64,000 nt of DNA from the human T2T-CHM13v2.0 reference genome, Homo sapiens. Position 1 is the first letter of the stretch, and each line of letters begins with the position of its first letter. Where the stretch lies: assembly GCF_009914755.1 (NCBI RefSeq), contig NC_060935.1. The stretch is one strand, 5' to 3'. Below, one piece after another: positions 54,139 through 64,000 of this stretch. The notes below the pieces were generated by a model. It was not told the origin of the DNA, searched no databases, and saw only the letters and a program-made list of their open reading frames with translations. A program made the position numbers and the translations under genes.

Positions 54139-56392
54139 TGATATGGTTTGGCTGTATCTCCACCCAAATCTGATCTTGAACTGTAGTTCCCATAATCCCC
54201 ATGTGTCGTGGGAGGGACCCAGTGAGGGGTAATCGAATCACGGGGGCAGTTACCTCCATGCTGTTCTCATAATAGTCAGTGAGTTCTCACGAGTTCTGAT
54301 GGTTTTATAAGGGTTTTTTCCCACCCTTCACTCTGCACTTCTCCTTGCTGCAACCATGTGAAAAAGAAGATGTTTGCTTCCCCTTCTGACATGATTGTTA
54401 GTTTCCTGAGGCCTCCTCTGCCCTGCAGAACTGTGAGTCAATTAAACATTTTTCCTTTATAAATTACCCAGTCTTGGGTATGTCCTTATAGCACCGTGAG
54501 AATGGACTAATACAGTAAATTGGTACCAGGTAGTGGGGCACTGCTGTAAAGATACTCAAAAACGTGGAAGCAACTTCGAAACTGGGTAACAGGCAGAGGT
54601 TAGAACAATTTCGAGGGTTCAGAAGAAGATAGGAAAATGTGAGAAACTCTGGAGGTTCCTAGAGACTTGTTGAATGGCTTTGACCAAAATGCTGATAGTG
54701 ATATGGACAATAAAGTCCAGGCTGAGGTGGCCTCAGATGGAGATGAGGAACTTGTTGGGAACTGGAGCAAAGGTAACTCTTGCTGTGCAAAGACAGAGTG
54801 GTGGCATTTTGCCCCTGCCATAGAGATCTGTGGAACTTTGGACTTGAGAGAGATGACTTAGTGTATCCGGCAGAAGAAATTTTTAAGCCACAAAGCATTC
54901 AGGGTGACAGAGCATTAAAGTGTGGAAAATATGCAGTCTGATGATGCAGTAGAAAACAAAGACCTGTTTTCTGGGGGAGAAATTCAAGCCAGCTACAGAA
55001 ATCTGCATAAGTAAGAAGGAGCCAAATGCTAATCACCAAGACAATGCAGAAAATCAGACACTTCACAGCTGCCCCTCCCATCACAGGCCCAGAAGCCTAG
55101 GAGGGAAAAATGGTTTCCTGGGTGAGGTCCAGGGCCCCCCTCTTGTGTGCAGCCTCTGGACTTGGTGTCCTGAATCCCAGCCACTCCAGCTGTGGCTAAA
55201 AGGAGTTCAGGCCATTGCTTCAGAGCATGCAAGCCCCAAGCCTTGGAAGCTTCCACATGGTGTTGGTCCTGTGGGTGTGCAGAAACAAGAATTGAGGTTT
55301 GGGAACCTCTGTCTAGATTTCAGAAAATGTATAGAAATGGCTAGATGTCCAAGCAGAGGTGTGGTCCTGGGGTGGAGCCCTCATGGAGAGCCTCTGCTAG
55401 GGCAGCGCAGAAGGGAAATGTGGGGTCAGAGCCCCCACACAGAGTCCCCAATGGGGCACTGCCTAGTGGTGCTGTGAGAGGAAGGCCACCATCCTCCAGA
55501 CTTCAGAATGGTAAACCCACTGACAGCTTGCACCATACTCCTAGAAAACCCACAGACATTCAATACCAGTCATGAAAGCAGCTGGGAGGGGGGCTGTGCC
55601 CTGCAAAGCTACAGGGTCAGAGCTGCCCAAGGTCATGGAAGTCCACCTCTTACATCAGCAATACCTGGATGTGAGGCATGGAGTCAAAAGAGATCATTTT
55701 GGAGCTTTAAGATTTGACTGTCCCACCGGATTTCAGACTTGCATGGTGCCTGTAGCCTCTTCGTTTTGGTCAATTTCTCCCATTAGGAATGGCTGTATTT
55801 ACCCACTGCCTGTACCCTCATTGCATCTAGGAAGTAAGTAACTTGCTTTTGATTTTACAGGCTCATAGGTAGAAGGGACTTGCCTTGTCTCAAATAAGAC
55901 TTTGGACTTGGACTTTTGAGTTAATGCTGGAATGAGTTAAGATTTTGGGGGACTGTTGGGAAGGCATGATTGTATTTTGAAATGTGAGGACATGAGATAT
56001 GGGAGGGCCCGGGGCAAAATGATATGGATTGGCTCTGTCCCCCTACCCCAAATTTCATCTTAAACTGTAGTTCCCATAATCCCCATTTGTTGTGGGAGGG
56101 ACCTGGTGGGAGGCAATTGAATCATGGGGGCAGTTGCCTCCATGATGTTCTCATGATAGTGAATTCTCACATGATCTGATGGTTTTATAAGGGAGTTTTC
56201 CCACCCTTCATTCTGCACATCCTTGCTGCTGCCATGTGAAGAAGGACATGTTTGCTTCCCCTTCTGCCATGAGTGTAAGTTTCCTGAGGCCTACCCAGCT
56301 CCACAGAACTTTGAGTCAATTAAACCTCTTTCCTTTATAAATTGCCCAGTCTTGGGTATGTCCCTATAGCAGCCTGAGAACAGAATAATAGA
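54139..56392 (+). mobile_element. Complete THE1 (THE1D/C-like) MaLR provirus: LTR-internal-LTR
   Basis: LTRs at 54139-54514 and 56020-56392 both begin tgatatgg. The internal region of about 1.5 kb starts gtaaattggtacc. 5-bp TSD CTAAT at 54134-54138 and 56393-56397. Confidence 0.95.
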
Positions 56393-56467
56393 CTAATTAT
56401 GTCCCCTTTTCCTCTGCTAGTGTTTAATGGTGTCTTCATTATTTTTGTTGTTGATTAGTCTCTCTAG

Positions 56468-56915
<448 letters not shown>

Positions 56916-56994
56916 TTTCAATAGTTTCAAAATAAATTTATTAAACTATAAATTTCCCCAAATAACTGCTTTAGTTATATCCCAAAAACACTGG

Positions 56995-57285
56995 ATGTTG
57001 ATTAGGGTAAATGATTGAACTACTATAATAAACAGAATGCAATAGACAATGGATCGAATAAGATGCCTTATTTCCTTCTCATCTAAGAATGAGGGTGGGT
57101 ATTCCAAGGTCACGGATATGTCTGGATCCTAAGCTAATGAAGCCTTGGCCATCCTTAAAATATATTTCTCAAGGTCGCTTTGGTCACCATCATTCCAGCA
57201 AGCAGGGAAAGGTACAGTGTGCAGGAATATGTGTGCAACGTTTTATAGGCAAGGCCTGGAAGGAAAAATGTTTTTTCCATTCACA
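56995..57285. mobile_element. Probable old MLT1 LTR fragment, continuing at about 63737-63830
   Basis: ttttataggcaaggcctggaagg…cattcacatt and, after the L1/Alu, accacacctagcaacaaagtaggctgaaaatttagtcttt resemble MLT1 LTR sequence. Confidence 0.45.
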
Positions 57286-57519
57286 TTTTTTTGGACATAG
57301 GGTCTCATTCTTTTTTTTTTTTTTTATACTTTAAGTTCTAGGGTACATGTGCACAATGTGCAGGTTTCTTGCATATGTATACATGTGCCATGTTGGTGTG
57401 CTGCACCCATTAAATCGTCATTTACATTAGGTATATCTCCTAATGCTATCCCTCCCCCCACCCCTCAACAGGCCCTGGTGTGTGATGTTCCCCTTCCTGT
57501 GTCCAAGTGTTCTCATTGT

Positions 57520-61344
<3,825 letters not shown>

Positions 61345-61407
61345 TATGATGTTAGCTGGTTATTTTGCTCGTTAGTTGATGCAGTTTCTTCCTAGCCTCG
61401 ATGGTCT

Positions 61408-62431
61408 TTACAATTTAGCATGTTTTTGCAGTGGCTGGTACTGGTTGTTCCTTTCCATGTTTAGTGCTTCCTTCAGGAGCTCTTTTAGGGCAGGCCTGGT
61501 GGTGACAAAATCTCTCAGCATTTGCTTGTCTGTAAAGTATTTTATTTCTCTTTCACTTATGAAGCTTAGTTTGGCTGGATATGAAATTCTGGGTTGAAAA
61601 TTCTTTTCTTTAAGAATGTTGAATATTGGCCCCCACTCTCTTCTGGCTTGTAGAGCTTCTGCCGAGAGACCTGCTGTTAGTCTGATGGACTTCCCTTTGT
61701 GGGTAACCCAGGGTAACCCAGCCTTTCTCTGTGGCTGCCCTTAACATTTTTTCCTTCATTTCAACTTTGGTGAATCTGACAATTATGTGTCTTGGAGTTG
61801 CTCTTCTTGAGGAGTATCTTTGTGGTGTTCTCTGTATTTCCTGAATTTGAATGTTGGCCTGCCTTGCTAGATTGGAGACGTTCTCGTGGATAATATCCTG
61901 CAGTGTTTTCCAACTTGGTTCCATTCTCCCCGTCACTTTCAGGTACACCAATCAGACGTAGATTTGGTCTTTTCACATAGCCCATATTTCTTGGAGGCTT
62001 TGTTCATTTCTTTTTAGTCTTTTTTCTCTAAATTTCTCTTCTCGCTTCATTTCATTCTTTTGATCTTCCATCACTGATACCCTTTCTTCCAGTTGATTGA
62101 ATTGGCTATTGAAGCATGTGCATTTGTCACATAGTTCTCATGCCATGGTTTTCAGCTCTATCAGGTCCTTTAAGGGCTTCTCTACATTGGTTATTCTAGT
62201 TAGCCATTCATCTAATCTTTTTTCAAGGTTTTTAACTTCTTTGCCATGGGTTCGAACTTCCTCCTTTAGCTCAGAGAAGTTTGATCGTCTGAAGCCTTCT
62301 TCTCTGAACTCATCAAAGTCATTCTCTGTCCAGCTTTGTTCCATTGCTGGTGAGGAGGTGCATTCCTTTGGAGGAGAAGAGGTGCTCTGATTTTTAGAAG
62401 TTTCAGTTTTTCTGCTCTGTTTTTTCCCCAT
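61408..62431 (-). pseudogene. L1 ORF1, disrupted
   Basis: MGKKQSRKT… starts at 62431 and stops early at 62138. The remaining ORF1 peptides lie in other frames. Confidence 0.93.
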
Positions 62432-63212
62432 CGTTGTGGTTTTATCTACCTTTGGTCTTTGATGATGGTGATGTACAGATGGGGTTTTGGTGTGGATGTC
62501 CTTTCTGTTTGTTAGTTTTCCTTCTAACAGTCAGGATCCTCAGCTGCAGGTCTGTTGGGGTTTGCTGGAGGTCCACTCCAGACCCTGTTGGCCTGGGTGT
62601 CAGCAGCGGAGGCTGCAGAACAGCGAAGATTGGTGAACAGCAAATGTTGCTGCCTGATCCTTCCTCTGGAAGTTTTGTCTCAGAGGGGTACCCAGCCATG
62701 TGAGGTGTCAGTCTGCCCCTACTGGGGGGTGCCTCCCAGTTAGGCTACTCAGGGGTCAGGGACCCACTTGAGGAGGCAGTCTGTCCATTCTCAGATCTCA
62801 AGCTGTGTGCTGGGAGAACCACCACTGTCTTCCAAGCTGCCAGACAGGGACATTTAAGTCTGCAGAGGTTTCTGCTGCCTTTTGTTTGGCTATGCCCTGC
62901 CCCCAGAGGTGGAGTCTACAGAGGCAGGCAGGCCTCCTTGACCTGTGGTGGGTTCCACCCAGTTCAAGCTTCCCAGCCGCTTTGTTTACCTACTCAAGCC
63001 TCAGCAATGGCAGGCACCCCTCCCCCAGCCTCGCTGCCACCTTGCAGTTTGATCTCAGACTGCTGTGCTAGCAATGAGTGAGGCTCCATGGGCATAGGAC
63101 CCTCCGAGCCAGGCGCAGAATATAATCTCCTGGTGTGCCGTTTGCTAAGACCGTTGGAAAAGAGCAGTATTAGGGTGGGAGTGACCTGATTTTCCAGGTG
63201 CCATCTGTCTAG

Positions 63213-63773
<561 letters not shown>

Positions 63774-64000
63774 TAACCACACCTAGCAACAAAGTAGGCT
63801 GAAAATTTAGTCTTTGGTGAGACAACCCTATTATAGCCCTATTACAATAAACAGGAAAATTTTTGCAGCAGTCTCTACCACATGTATCTTCACTGATGTT
63901 CATATCTGTAATTCCTATTAAAATTTCTTTTTTATTTCATGAATTATTGACAAGTGCATTCATTTCATTCCAAGGTTATTGGGGGGGTAGAGATTTAAAC

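Overview
Human (primate) genomic DNA with no intact protein-coding exon. A cluster of three CpG islands (about 23.2-27.4, 29.7-30.7 and 32.0-33.8 kb) carries several well-formed minus-strand splice-site pairs. They look like alternative non-coding 5' exons of a large minus-strand developmental gene. From memory of the island spacing and a 180-nt exon, I think this is the distal 5' region of SOX6 (11p15); this is recollection, not a database lookup. The left part (1-23 kb) is AT-rich intron with Alu, MIR, L1 and DNA-transposon fragments and one candidate 321-nt exon. The right part (41.6-64 kb) is a nested retroelement stack: L1PB, an old L1M, a MER21 LTR, a near-full-length L1PA15/16-like element with a 113-bp 5' monomer array, a complete THE1 provirus, and a full-length but inactivated L1PA5 inserted into an AluJ. 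I found no convincing wholly new biological system. The best leads are a uORF-rich leader with a possible in-frame N-terminal extension, an apparent Alu-to-Alu gene-conversion tract, template-switch scars inside L1s, an antisense core promoter and GATA-dense enhancer candidates.
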